Shown piece by piece: positions 1-12,430 of a stretch of DNA of 64,000 bases. The DNA is from Mobula hypostoma (taxonomy: Eukaryota). The DNA is taken from contig NC_086107.1 in assembly GCF_963921235.1 (NCBI RefSeq), forward strand, positions 103,356,001-103,420,000, given 5' to 3'. How positions within the stretch are numbered: the first letter of the stretch is position 1; each line of letters begins with the position of its first letter. The translations under genes and the position numbers were made by a program. The notes below the pieces were generated by a model. That model was not told the origin of the DNA. It saw nothing but the letters and a program-made list of their open reading frames with translations, and did no database searches.

Positions 1-88
1 TAGTCACAGGCCTCCAGTCAGAGAGGCAACCATCTACCTCCAATCTCCAGTTCCTCCTGGAAAGGCAATGTTAAATCCAATTTACTAC
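1..88 (-). mobile_element. CR1 LINE ORF2 (RT region) fragment
   Basis: Similar to 57170-57260 inside the CR1 copy (agtcacaggcctcca..aatccaattta). Confidence 0.7.
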
Positions 89-499
89 AACACCATCACA
101 CAAACCAGCAGTCTGTCAGTCACAGCCTACATTAATAAAGAAAACAATTTCCTTCATAAGACAATTTACCTGTAACATACACTTTATGATAACAGAAATG
201 ACCAGAACACATTTATATTCTGTTGAATATTTACATTATGTTGAAGGTTGGTTGAGTGAAGAACCAGTTTAAAGATCTTTAAATTTAGCTTCCTGTCTGA
301 GCCTCACACGAACACAGAATTTCATTGCACCCTGATTTACATGACAATAAACTAATCTGAATTTGATCCTGAACACCTTTTAACCCAACAAAGACTTGCA
401 GATCTGAAATATCTCTTTCTGTAGATGCTGCCTGACCTGCTGAGTTTTTCCAGCATTTTCTGTCGGGTTCTAGCACTGCGGTTGTTTTGGCAGTTCAAA

Positions 500-966
500 C
501 GGAGCTGCAGAGGACTGGAGACTCAGACAGCTCCAGATCTCCCCACCATTGAGGACATCTTCAGGAGATGGTCCCTCCCACTGCAGAGGGTTGTAGACCC
601 AGTCGCCTCCGTCGTGGCACAAGTCTCCACGCCATTGAGGACATCTTCAAGAAGGCAGCTTCCATCATTAAGGACCCTCATCATCGAAGACATGTCCCCT
701 TCTCATTACAACCATCAGGGAGGAAGAACAGGAGCTTGAAGACACACACTCAATGTTTTAAGAACAACTTTTTCCCCTCTGTCACCAGATTTCCGGACAG
801 TCCACGAATATACGAACACGACTTCGCTATTTTGGTCTCTTTTTGCACTAAAAAAAATGTATTTCTTATTGTAACTTGCAGTCATCTTCTACGTGTTGCA
901 CTGCACTCCTGCCACGAAACAACAAATTTCACAACATATGTCAGTGATAATAATTCTGATTCTGAT
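500..966 (+). mobile_element. Rex1/Babar-like LINE 3' fragment
   Basis: Encodes KAASIIKDPHH..PSGRKNRSLKTHT..FKNNFFP, the typical Rex1/Babar RT C-terminus; ends in a (ttctga)n tail. Confidence 0.75.
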
Positions 967-2049
967 ACAGTACTGTCTTTTGGTCTCCACTGTGATCAGG
1001 GCTGTTCCCTGCCTGGTCTAAGATCTGGCCCAAGCCATCTCGTGAGTGTTGAATGATCCTCACTCAGGAAAAAAATAGCTTTGGTGAATAGACAGGCAAG
1101 AAAAGAAAAATCGATATTACTGTTTTTACTGATATTATACCCTACAAAATCAACTATGATGTTTCCATAATCTTCTCACTAATACACAGTCGAATAGTCT
1201 TTTGCACTAATTCTATTCTGTAACTTAAAATAGTTTTTATATCTTGCTGCCACAAACAAAAAAAAAGTCACTGCTTACTTCAGTGATAATAAACCCGATT
1301 CTGATAATCAGGATAGGAAATTACACTTTATATACAGGATGTTGCATGAATGAGAATTGCTATACAGGCCATCCCCTATCTATAAAAAAATCTAATTTAT
1401 GTACACCCCTTCCTACAAATGAGCTCCCATAGCTCTGTTAAGCTCAGAAGTCCATCATACCTAGTGACATTGAATAGCAGAACGTTTCGTCCTCCCCCTC
1501 ACCACTTTCAGCAATTGTTCTCTCTCATCAGTCTTGCGTGTTTTTGATACATTCATTACAGTACTGTGGAGATATGGTTACTATATTAAATTATTCTGTG
1601 CATTTTCCAATTTATGGTCAAAATTGACTTAGGGACGTCAGTAAAAACTCGTTTGGTACCCAGGGACTTCTTGTACTGTACTGCATTCTGGCTCCATCTA
1701 AAGGCCAGAGCTTGCAACTGCAGGTGTAAATTGCAATGGTTCCCACAAATTAAACGAGGACTACTGACTGACAGGGATATTCCAACGTGAATGGCAATCA
1801 AAATATGTTAATAAAATGATGATTTGAGAATATACTATATTTTAGGCCTTTGACACTGTGGGATTAGATGGGATTAGACTATAGATTCTGTGGGTTTGTT
1901 CCCCGAGCAAATGGTCCAAACCATCTCACAGAGTCAGAGTCATAGAAAAGTACAACTCGGAAACAGGCCCTAGTATGTACAGGACCATTTAAACTGCTTA
2001 CTCCCATTGGCCATAGCCGCCCATACCCTTACCATCTGTATCCCTATCC

Positions 2050-2615
2050 AAACTTCTGGCAGAACAGACCACCAGATCTGACCAAGCACCAAGACCTTGC
2101 TGGACTGGTGTGGTAAGAGGTGTCCTCCCAGTCAGAGCCTTCCTCTGCAGATGACATATCATCCCCAGTGTCTGCCTTTGGGATGGCTGTGGTGGGGAAG
2201 AGATGGGGACCCACCTCCTTGCAGACTGTGGATTTGCTAAGAAAGTGCGGAGACAGATGCAAAGATCCACATCTAGTTCATCCCCAGCAGATGCCTCTCT
2301 GATCTAAGGGCTGTTTTCCAGGGTCACACACCGAGACAGACATCAAGTGCTGCTGGAAGGTCATCACCTTGGCCTGCCCAAATGTCTTGGTCTTTCAGCA
2401 CAGGGAGATGCCCATAAGGGCAGCCCGTGCTGAGCTGGGTTGTAAGCCCCTCAAGCAATGAAAGGGTGTATCACCCCAGGGGGCCACAAATCATTGTAAT
2501 GTTGCAATGAGTAGGAATGGTGCTATGGTTTTTAAAGAAAAGAATACGTTAACACTATTGAATGAAATGACCATACTTAAAAAAAAAGGTTTTGCATAAT
2601 TTCTTTTGTATTTTG
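2050..2615 (+). mobile_element. Degraded Tx1 (L1 clade) LINE 3' fragment
   Basis: Frameshifted HQDLA.., GCGGEE..HLLADCGFAKKV zinc-knuckle-like segment, then GLFPGSHTETDIKCCWKVI. Confidence 0.65.
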
Positions 2616-2617
2616 AA

Positions 2618-2790
2618 AGAGCACAGAGAAAATTTACAAGGATGTTGCTGGGACTTGAAGACCTGAGTTATAGGGAAAGGTTAGATTGGACAGGTTAGGA
2701 CTTTATTCTCCGAGAGTAGGAGAATGAGGGGAGATTTGATAGAGATATACAAAATTACGAGTAGTATAAGCAGGTTTTTCCATTGAGGTT
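2618..2790 (+). mobile_element. Old CR1 ORF2 fragment
   Basis: QRKFTRMLLGL..LSYRERL..RRMRGDLIEIYKI-like coding remnant. Confidence 0.7.
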
Positions 2791-2919
2791 AAATTTTTCT
2801 GAAAGCTACTAAAACTGTCCAGCCCTGGTAAAACCCCTCTGCACCCTCTCCAGTACAATTCGATCTTTCCTGTAACTTGGTGATCAGAAATCCGCGCACG
2901 CCACCAGCCATCTGACTGA

Positions 2920-3058
2920 TGCAATAGTGTAACCAACACAGCCATTTCCTCACTATGATCTGGGTTCAATCCTCACCTCTGGTGCTGTCTGTGTGGACCT
3001 TGTATATTCTTTATGTGACCGCATAGGTTTTCTACTATTTCCTCCCACATGCCAAAGA
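2920..3058 (+). mobile_element. V-SINE (HE1-like) fragment
   Basis: B-box gggttcaatcc followed by the V-domain-like ctgtgtgga..ttcctcccacatgccaaaga. Confidence 0.6.
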
Positions 3059-4560
3059 GGTCAAGGTCAAAGTCAAAATCACAGTAAAATTTATTATTGA
3101 TGTATGTATGTATATGTTATATACTTACTCCCTTGAGATTCATTTCCTTGTAGGCATTAACAGGAAAATAAAGATATGCAATTGGATTGGTGAAAAACTA
3201 TGCACAAACAAAGAAACATAGAAAACCTACAGCACAATACAGGCCCTTCGGCCCACAAAGCTGTGCCGAACATGTCCCTAATTTAGAACTACCTAGGCTT
3301 TACCCATTGCCCTCTATTTTTCTAAGCTCCATGTAGCCATCCAGGAGTCTTTTAAAAGACCCTGTTGTTTCCGCCTCCACCACCGTCACCGGCAGCCCAT
3401 TCCACGCACTCACCACTCTCTGCGTAAAAAAACTTACCCTTGACATCTCCTCTGTACCTACCCCCAAGCACCTTAAAACATGCCCTCTTGTGCTAGCCAT
3501 TTCAGCCCTGGGAAAAAACCTCTGACTAGCCACACGATCAATGCCTCTCATCATCTTGTACACCTCTATCAGGTCACCTCTCATCCTCTGTTGCTCCAAG
3601 GAGAAAAGGCCGAGTTCACTCAACCTATTCTCATAAGGCATGCTCCCCAATCCAGGCAACATCCTTGTAAATCTCCTCCGCACCCTTTCTATGGTTTCCA
3701 CGTCCTTTCCGTAGTGAGGCAACCAGAATTGAACACAGTACTCCAAGTGGGGTTTGATCAGGGTCCTAAATAGCTTCAACATTACCTCTTGGCTCTTAAA
3801 CTCAATCCCACGATTGATGAAGGCCAATGCACCGTATGCCTTCTTAACCACAGAGTCAACCTGCATAGTAGCTTTGAGTGTCCTATGGACTCGGACCCCA
3901 AGATCCCTCTAATCCTCCACAATGCCAAGAGTCTTGCCATTAATGCTATATTCTGCCATCATATTTGACCTACCAAAATAAACCACCTCACGATTATCTG
4001 GGTTGAACTCCATCTGCCATTTCTCAGTCCAGTTTTGCATCCTATCAATGTCCTGCTGTAACCTCTGACAGCCCTCCACACTATCCACAACACTCCCAAC
4101 CAAAGACTGACAAACAACCAATGTGCAAAAGAATACAAATAGGGCAAATGAAAAAAATCTACTGAGAACATGAATTTTAAATGTGAGTTTGTAGGTTGAG
4201 TTGTGGTGAGTGAAGTTATCCACGCCAGTTCAGGAGCCTGATGGTCGTCGGGAAATAACTGTTCCTGAACTTGCTGGTGTGGCACCCAAGGCTTCTGTAC
4301 CTACTGCCCAATGACAGTAGTGAGATGAGAGCAAGGTCTGGATGGTGAGGTCCTTGATGATGGATGCTGCCACTTGTGCAGTGCCGAGTGTAAATGTACA
4401 TAATGGTGGGGAGAGCTTTGCCTGTGATGGACTGGGCCTTATCCACCACTTTTTGTGGGCATTTCCTTTCCTGGGCATTCGTGTTTCCATACCCGGTTGT
4501 AATGCAAACAGTTAGGACACTCTCCACTGTGTCCATCAACGTATTTGACCATTGTAAATT
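3059..4560 (-). mobile_element. Rex1/Babar-like 3' fragment, split by a CR1 insertion
   Basis: ASIIKD..GSRYRSL..HTSKFRNSYFPTTIRLLN at 4216-4500; 3' UTR continues at 3059-3214. Confidence 0.7.
3213..4100 (-). mobile_element. 5'-truncated CR1 LINE
   Basis: ORF 3300-3866 has PHLEYCVQFW..RFTRMLPG..RGDLIEVYK; tail ttctatgtttct; caaaga duplicated at 3209-3214 and 4101-4106. Confidence 0.9.
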
Positions 4561-4599
4561 ATCCTTAGTATGGAGGTGAGTGGTGGAATCAGATCGGGA

Positions 4600-5178
4600 A
4601 AAAGAGGCCTCCATTTATCAGGGGATTGAGTTCAAGAGCCAAAGGTAATTTTGCAGCTCTACAAAATGCTGGTTAGACCACACTTGGAGTATTGTGTTCA
4701 TTTCCAGTCATCTCATTATAGGAAAAAATGGAAGTTTTTGAGAGTGTGCAGAGGAGATTTACCAGGATGCTGCCTGGATTAGAGAGCATGTCTAATGAGG
4801 ATAGGTTGCCAAACCAGGACTTTTCTCTTTGAAGCAAAGAAGGATGAGAGGTGACTTGATGATAAAGGGGCACAGATCGCGCAGATATCCAGAGACTTTT
4901 TTCCCTGGGCAGAATTGGCTAATACCATTGGGCATAATTTTGAGGTGATTGGAGGAAAGTATAGTGGGGATGTCAGTTCTTTACACAGAGGGTGGTGGGT
5001 GTGTGGAAGAGGCAAATACACTTGGGGCATTTAAGAAACTCTTGGATAGGCACATGGATGATAGAAAAATGAAGGGGTATGTAGGAAGGTTTAGATTAAT
5101 CTTAATGTAGGTTAATAGGTTGACACAACATTGTGGGCCGAACAGCCTATACTGTGCTGAAATGTTCTATATTCTAAG
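4600..5178 (+). mobile_element. Degraded CR1 3' fragment
   Basis: RPHLEYCV..QRRFTRMLPGL remnant with a ttctatattcta tail. Confidence 0.75.
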
Positions 5179-5569
5179 AGTCTGGGGTGGGGGGGTGGGT
5201 GGGAGATGGGATTACTTTGTGAGCTGGCATGAACATGGAGGGCCAAAGTGGCTTCCCTGAGCGCTGTTTGGAATCTCGTGTCACATCAGGCCATAACAAC
5301 TTCTCTGTTTATTAATTCTATGACTCAGTGAATAAATGCAAATATTACAGAGGCCTTGAAGAATTTCTAGTCACTGGCCTCCAGGATCTCTCTATTCTAC
5401 TATTCTTTACAGCACCATATTATTTATTGTCTAGTCTCCTTCCTTGTTCGTTTTCCTCAAATGTTCTTCAAAGCCTTTCTCTCCACTGAACTTCATTCAC
5501 CATTTTTTTCTGCCACTTAAACAGCCCATTAGTAATTTCCGGTACTCTGTAGTTTGCTATCAATCAAAC

Positions 5570-5930
5570 CTTCTCCAAGGACCGTCATCTTGTTGTGGTG
5601 GAGAGGCTTGTGAAATCTCCTGAAATCTCAAGAGTGATGCCATCTGGGGCTTAGGTCCCAGTATGGTCACCCATGATGGTAAGGTCAAGGGGGAGGTTCT
5701 AGATTAAGAGCGATTAAACTCAGTCCTCGGTGGTGGAGCTGGCGGAAGATGATGACACATCACATGGAGGAACCCTTCAGTAGTGAAAGGTCTCGAGATG
5801 TCTTGCACTCCATGTCACTAGATCCTGACCCCCGATCTGTCAAGGACCGTGTGGTGATGGCCCGTGTATCAGTATCCCCACACTAAGCAAAGTCATGCAT
5901 AGGCATTCTCCATTAACGCCTCCCTGAGGA
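5570..5930 (+). mobile_element. Non-autonomous RTE-related element (Expander/Rex3-like 5' UTR)
   Basis: gtggtggagaggcttgtg..ggtcacccatg..aaggtcaagggggagg; related copies at 13680-13915 (+) and 55250-55612 (-). Confidence 0.55.
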
Positions 5931-5977
5931 GAATATCGTACTCGACTCAGTGATGGCATTACCATCGATCAAACAGA

Positions 5978-7260
5978 TGGATAGCACAGTGCTGCAGCTG
6001 GTAGAGCCACTGCCTTAAATGCCAGAAGCTAGGTTCACTCCTGACCTCAGTGCTGTCCGTGTGGAGTTTCAAAGGTCAAAGTAAATTTTATTATCAGAGT
6101 ACATATATGTCACTGTATACAACCCTGAGATTCACTTTCCTGTGGGCATACTCAGCAAATCTATAGACTAGTAACTATAACAGGATCAAAGAAAGATCAA
6201 CCAGAGTGCAGAAGACAACAAACCGTGTAAATGCAAATATAAATAAATTGCAATAAAATAATGAGAACATGAGATAATGAGATAAGGAATCCTTAAAGAG
6301 AGGTCAATGGTTGTGGGAACATCTCAATAGATGAGTGTAGTTATCCTCTTTGGTTCAAGAGCCTGATGGTTGAGGGGTGGGAACTGTTGTTGAACCTGGT
6401 GGTGCGAGTCCTGAGGCTCTTGTACCTTCATCCAGATGGCAGCAGAGTTTGCACATTCTCCCACTGACTGTCTGGCCTTTCTCTAGGTTCTCCACTTCAG
6501 ATTCAGATTTAGATTTATTTATAACATGTACATCGAAACATTCAGTGAAATGTGTCGTTTGTGCTTACAACCAACGCGCCTAAGGATGCGCTGAGGGCAA
6601 TTGTCGCCACACATTCTAGCGGCAACATAGCAAGCCTACAATGCTTTGCAGAACAACACAGAACACAACAAGCAACAAAACAACAGCAAAACAAGCCCCT
6701 TCCTCTCTCCCATCCTCCCTCGTATGTGGACATTCCTCCTAAGCAGGCCGCCAGATTTCCAGGCCTCGAGTCTCCAGTCTCCAGGCTTTGACTTCTGGAC
6801 CTCAGAACGACCTTTCCAACCAGCTGGTGACAAGACTCGGAACTCCAGGCTCAAACTCACCGGCCCTCTTGCCTCCTGCTCACACGGACATCCGATCCGC
6901 GGAACCCACCGACCTAGGGCAGCCCGACAACCACAGATGCCCTTCATTGCCCGACTTACGTCGCTGGCCCTCGAGTGCAGAACGGAGGCTGAGATTCCGG
7001 ATGCCCTTCGTCACCCGTCCATGTCGCTGGCCTTCGAACGCGGAGCCTTTTCCATTGCAAAGATGTGCGGGTTGATCGGTTAATTGATCACGGCAAATGC
7101 GTAGGAGAGTGGGAGAATCTGGGGAGGCGGTGATAAGAATGTGGGGAGAATAAAAGAAATGGATTAAAGTAGGATTAGTACAAATGTGTGTTTGATGGTT
7201 GGCACATAACTGGTTGGACAAAGGGACTGGTTCTGAGCTCTAACTCTCTGTAACTCTTAT
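5978..7260 (+). mobile_element. V-SINE interrupted by two minus-strand Rex-tail elements (6070-6444 and about 6497-7050)
   Basis: SINE head 5978-6069 resumes at 6445 (gagttt duplicated at 6064-6069 and 6445-6450) and again near 7050. Confidence 0.6.
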
Positions 7261-7735
7261 TCTTTCATTCATTCCAAACTTTTAAATCATGGATCCCATA
7301 TTTATGTACAGATCATTGACATTGGTTACAGAATGCATGGATCCAGCAATGAGCTCTATTCACAGAGCCCTTCCAGTCTCTGAAACACTTGGCAAACACT
7401 AATTAACCTTTGCTTCCTGCTGCTGAGCTGATGTTGTATCTGACTTGATATGTTCCCTCGAAACCCACGGGCTTCTGAGGGATTTTTGCAAACACTGAAT
7501 CCAGCCCTTTGTTTGTCCCTCCTGGCTGAATGCCACCATGTTGCACCCTCTCTCTGATTCATTTCGCCTCACAGTTGGCAATATTTTTACAATCATGCTC
7601 AGTTCCTCAGAATCAGCAAGGCAAAATTGACGCTTATAAAATGCCTCTTACATTATCTGAGCCCTTAACATTCTGTCTTGGGAAAAGATGAAAGATAAGC
7701 AATTATATTCATTACTTAAAGCTGAAAAAAAAGTG

Positions 7736-7935
7736 GGGAACTCAGCAGGTCAGGCAGCATCTATGGAAAAGAATAAAAAGCTGACGTTTCAGGCCATGAC
7801 CCTTCATCAGGCCACCTTGGCCTGAAATGTCAACTCTTTATTCCTCTCTGTGGATGCTGCCTGACCTGTTGAGTTCCTTCAGCATCTTGTGTGCGATATG
7901 CTGGCTATTGAGCATCTGCAGAAGCTCTCGAGTTT
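7736..7935. mobile_element. Fold-back PLE terminal-repeat fragment (older subfamily)
   Basis: ggaactcagcaggtcaggcagcatc..tttcaggcca is inverted as tggcctgaaa..gatgctgcctgacctgttgagttcc. Confidence 0.75.
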
Positions 7936-8046
7936 ATTAATACATTTTATTATCAAAGTACATGTATGTCACCATGTACCACCCTGAGATTCATTTTCTT
8001 GTGGGTATACATAGAGTAAATACAAGAAACACAGTAGAATCAATGA

Positions 8047-8195
8047 AAGCAACACGCACAAAATGCTGGAGGAACTCAGCAGGCCAGGCAGCATCTATGG
8101 AAAAGAGTACACTTGACATTTCGGGCTGAGCCCCTCCAGTATTTTGTGTGCGTTGCTTGGATTTCCAGTGTCTGCAGATCTTCTCTTGTTTGTGA
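8047..8195. mobile_element. Fold-back PLE terminal-repeat fragment with 12-bp TSD
   Basis: Inverted arms gcaacacgcacaaaatgctggagg / cctccagtattttgtgtgcgttgc; tagaatcaatga at 8035-8046 and 8196-8207. Confidence 0.8.
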
Positions 8196-8324
8196 TAGAA
8201 TCAATGAGAGACCGCACCCAACAGGACAGACAAACAACCAAGGTGCAAAAGGCAACGGAAAGTATAGCAGAGGATGCCAGAGAGTCATCCAGCACAGGAA
8301 CAGGTCCTTCGGCACAGAATCAAT

Positions 8325-9835
8325 GCTGACCGACAAGTCCATCAGGCAGTGGTCAGCACAGAGTATCCAACACCTCGACTTCGCCTGGCTGGCAGTGAGA
8401 GGAGCCCAGAATATCACACCCCCCACGTGCATCCTGCGGGATGACTGTAGTGGGGACGAGATAGTGGCTCGCCTCTTTGCGGCCTGCGGGTTTGCGAAGG
8501 GGTGGGGTGGGGTGAAGAAAGATGCATGGGCCTGTGTTGTGGTTTATCCCAAGAGGCCTCCCTTGATCGGCAGGCAGTTCCCAGAGACGGGCGGCGAGTG
8601 CCGCTGGCAGATCTGCAACGCGGGGACAGGTGCCCTGTGGGTCTGCCAGCACATCGAGATGACCGTGGGGCGACGGTGCCAGCTGGCACATTCTGGACTG
8701 CAGGAGCATGGGGGCACATGAAGCTTGGTGCAGCCACCGGAAAGGCTCAGTGGAGAAGGACCACAGTCTACTGTTCAGGGTGGGGCTGGGTTGGGTGAGG
8801 AAGCCCCTCAGTTATTGTAGCAGTGTACAGACCCACTTCAGGGGGCTCTACCAGTGCCAATTATCCGACTGGTTTTAAGGAATGCAATAGAATAATACCA
8901 AAACAACAGGAATTCTGCAGATGCTGGAAATTCAAGCAACACACATCAAAGTTGCTGGTGAACGCAGCAGGCCAGGCAGCATCTATAGGAAGAGGCGCAG
9001 TCGACGTTTCAGGCCGAGACCCTTTGTCAGGACTAACTGAAGGAAGAGTGAGTAAGGGATTTGAAAGCTGGAGGGGGAGGGGGAGATGCAAAATGATAGG
9101 AGAAGACAGGAGGGGGAGAGATGGAGCCGAGAGCTGGACAGGTGATAGGCAAAAGGGGATACGAGAGGATCATGGGACAGGAGGTCCGGGAAGAAAGACG
9201 GGGGGGGGGTGACCCAGAGGATGGGCAAGAGGTATATTCAGAGGGACAGAGGGAGAAAAAGGAGAGTGAGAGAAAGAATGTGTGCATAAAAATGAGTAAC
9301 AGATGGGGTACGAGGGGGAGGTGGGGCCTAGCGGAAGTTAGAGAAGTCAATGTTCATGCCATCAGGTTGGAGGCTACCCAGACGGAATATAAGGTGTTGT
9401 TCCTCCAACCTGAGTGTGGCTTCATCTTTACAGTAGAGGAGGCCGTGGATAGACATGTCAGAATGGGAACGGGATGTGGAATTAAAATGTGTGGCCACTG
9501 GGAGATCCTGCTTTCTCTGGCGGACAGAGCGTAGATGTTCAGCAAAGCGGTCTCCCAGTCTGCGTCGGGTCTCACCAATATATAAAAGGCCACATCGGGA
9601 GCACCGGACGCAGTATATCACCCCAGTCGACTCACAGGTGAAGTGATGCCTCACCTGGAAGGACTGTTTGGGGCCCTGAATGGTGGTAAGGGAGGAAGTG
9701 TAAGGGCATGTGTAGCACTTGTTCCGCTTACACGGATACCCAAGTCATTCACTATGAATGTAAGAATGAAAAGGTATTGTGTGGTTTATTCTTGTAAATA
9801 ATCTTTTAAATTTCGGAGTAAAGTTTATTTTGATA
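8325..9835 (+). mobile_element. Internally deleted Tx1 LINE 3' part, interrupted by a PLE
   Basis: KSIRQWSAQ, LDFAWLAVRGA, DCSGDEIVARLFAACGFAK; 3' UTR resumes after 9738. Confidence 0.6.
8900..9737 (-). mobile_element. Penelope-like element 3' part: GIY-YIG endonuclease C-terminus plus terminal repeat
   Basis: ORF 9328-9654 FTCESTGVIYCVRCSRCGLLYIGETRRRLGDRFAEH..RLEEQHLIFRLGSLQPDGMN. Confidence 0.92.
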
Positions 9836-10393
9836 TAAGAATGCTGATCAGCAAGCTCCAATTTACACTAATTCTGTACTAACCCTATTACATTCTCCCT
9901 CCATTCCAATCCTCCCTGCCCATTTCAAACATATTCATGCACAGGATGTGGTCATTTACTGCTTAACCCTGCATTCAGACAGATTGCTGGGGCAACAGAA
10001 CAGTTACTGCTGATGGCACTACACAGGACAGAAGGCCAGGGACTGTGGAGTCCCTTCCCTGAAGGACACCTGCGAACCAAATCTTTTACGTGACCCATTT
10101 TGTATTTCCAAGGTCAGTGAAATTACATTTTATTCCAGGTTCAGTAGAATATACTGCAGACGTTGTCAACTGAGAGGAAGCAGAAAATGTTCGACGGATC
10201 AGGCAGTATCTGCGGAGGGTGAAACAGAGTTCATTTTGTTTGTATTCCTCTAAGGCATAGAGGGAGACCACTGAGTCAACACAAGCTCTGAGATTAATAC
10301 AAGTAATCCCATTCAGTTGCCATAAAATTCTTCCAATTTTCCCACCACATGATAATTTACAGTGGCCATTTAACCTACCTACCAATAGGCCTC

Positions 10394-10593
10394 TGGCCAG
10401 CCGGTGGTGTAGTGGCATCCACACTGGACTTTGAGGCGAATGGTCCCAGGTTCGAATTCGGCCGGCTCCTTGCACACTTTCCATCCGTGCTGGGTTGAGC
10501 ATCGAGCTAGCAGCTCAGCTTCGTAAAGGACAGATGCAAATGCTACAGAAATGCTGCCCAATATGCCACAAAGTGCGGAAAGGAACAACACAA
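10394..10593 (+). mobile_element. tRNA-derived SINE (family B)
   Basis: A-box tggtgtagtgg, B-box ggttcgaattc, (aac)n tail; copies at about 30198-30395 (+), 38020-38205 (-), 47318-47520 (+), 51930-52130 (-). Confidence 0.8.
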
Positions 10594-10599
10594 TAGGCA

Positions 10600-11170
10600 T
10601 CTTGTGTTTGTCTGTCATCGTCGATGAGGACCTCGACACCACATAATGATGGTGTCGAGACTAGTGCTTGACTTGGATTTAAGTGAGGGAGAGTTGCGCA
10701 GTGTCAGCCTCACTCTCTCTTCCCAATTCCCATCTGGATCCAGTGGCAAGACAAGAGTCCAGACGGCTGGAGATGGGACTAGGCACAGTGGATGACCAGG
10801 ACATCTTCTGTGTCTTATCCTGCTCTACACGTTCCACAACGCTTGCAGAGACCGCCTTCTTGACCGTTGGACCTTCCATTGGTCTCGTCTGCTCAATCTG
10901 CCGGAGTCTGTCTTCACATGCTGGGATAGACAACTCCCTATCTCACCGAGGGTTTGAGACCCGTCGGCTACCCTCACCTGGTTTAGCCGGCTTGTCGAAG
11001 CCACTGCCCGGGGTGGGGCCGCTGTCACATGCAAACAGCTTACGGGGAGCCACAGGTGAGAGCTGAGTGCCAGGGTGGGGACCAAAGGTGGACTAACCAC
11101 CTTGAAAGGGACGCAACATGTTCCCCCACCAGAGGTGCTACCCCTCCCTGACACTCCATACACCCCAATC
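10600..11170 (-). mobile_element. Non-autonomous RTE/RTE-X-like element
   Basis: Minus strand carries ggctaaaccaggtgagggtagccgacgggtctcaaaccctcggtgag (RTE-X-like leader); 10-bp terminal stem at 10632-10659. Confidence 0.5.
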
Positions 11171-11357
11171 CTAGTACTCAAGTTCCTGAGATATCCATTG
11201 GTTCTATTATGATTATATTTCTATTATGGATTTATTGAGTATGCCCGTGAGAAAATGAATTTCAGGGTTGCACATAGTGACATATATCAACTTTGATAAA
11301 TTTACTTTGTACTTTGAATGCAATCTCACTACTTCTTATTTCTATTTTTGAGCTACT

Positions 11358-11995
11358 TAGATTAGATTAGATTAGATTATGAGGACACTCAGTCCTCTTT
11401 CATTGTCATTTAGTACTGCATGCATTAAGAAGTGATACAATGTTCCTCCAGTGTGATATCACAGAAACACAAGACCGACCAAGAAAAACTGACAAAAACC
11501 ACATAATTATAACATATAGTTACAACAGTGCAAGCAATACCGTAATTTGATAAAGAACAGACCGTGGGCATGGTAAAAAAAAGTCTCAAAGTCTCTCGAA
11601 AGTCCCATCATTCTCACGCAGATGGGAGAAGGAAGAAAACTCTCCCTGCCATGAGCTTCCAAGCGCCATAAACTTGCCGATGCAGCATCCTGGAAGCACC
11701 CAACCACAGTCCGACTCTCAGTCCGTCCGAAAACTTCGAGTCTCCGACCAGCCCTCCGACACCGAGCACCGAGCGCTTCGACCCCAGCCCCGGCCGCCAG
11801 CAACAGGCAAAGCCGAGGATTTGGGGCCTTCCCTCTGGAGATTCTTGATCACACAGTAACAGCAGCAGCGAACTGGGCATTTCAGAAGTTTCTCCAAATG
11901 TTCCTCTGTGCTTCTTACATCCATCTCCATCAAAACAGGATTGTGCACGGCCCCTATTTAACAAATACGATATCATTTCACCGGTGAGGCCGCTA
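11358..11995 (-). mobile_element. Young non-autonomous retroelement with (ctaat)n tail
   Basis: ttagattagattagatt microsatellite tail; CpG-rich body unlike the flanks; no ORF. Confidence 0.5.
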
Positions 11996-12254
11996 TATTT
12001 AACTATTTTACACATATATATTATAGTTAAATTGAAAAAGTAGTGCAAAAAGTGGTTAAAGTATATACTGTATATATTTACAGTAATTCAATTTTTCTCT
12101 CTGTTATTGATTTTTGTGTTGTATTGTTGCCGTAAAGTTAACAAATTTCTCCATATATGCTGGTGATATTAAACCTGATCCTGATTCTGAACTTCAAATT
12201 CTCACTTTCTCATCAATTGGCCTGAGAGTCTATCATTCACCTGCACTCCAGGAG

Positions 12255-12430
12255 CAATTTAAAGTGGCCAATTAATCTGCCATCCCACGCATTTGGGATG
12301 TGGGGGGAAACTGGAGCTCGTGGAGGAAACCTGCACAGTCACAGAGAGAACGTGCAAACTCCACACAGACAGCACTGCACCCGGGTCACTAAAATGTAAG
12401 GCAGTGCCTCGCACATCTGCACCACTGAAG
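12255..12430 (-). mobile_element. V-SINE
   Basis: Reverse complement reads gtgctgtctgtgtggagtttgcacgttctc..tttcccccacatcccaaa. Confidence 0.7.

Noticed and set aside
1586..1801. Possible terminal exon of the minus-strand transcript
   Set aside because: Two weak acceptors, short frames and no independent support
8823..9534. Recurring peptides such as MLVNAAGQAAS and MDLRLESLHSPG
   Set aside because: Translations of non-coding PLE and SINE repeats, not host genes
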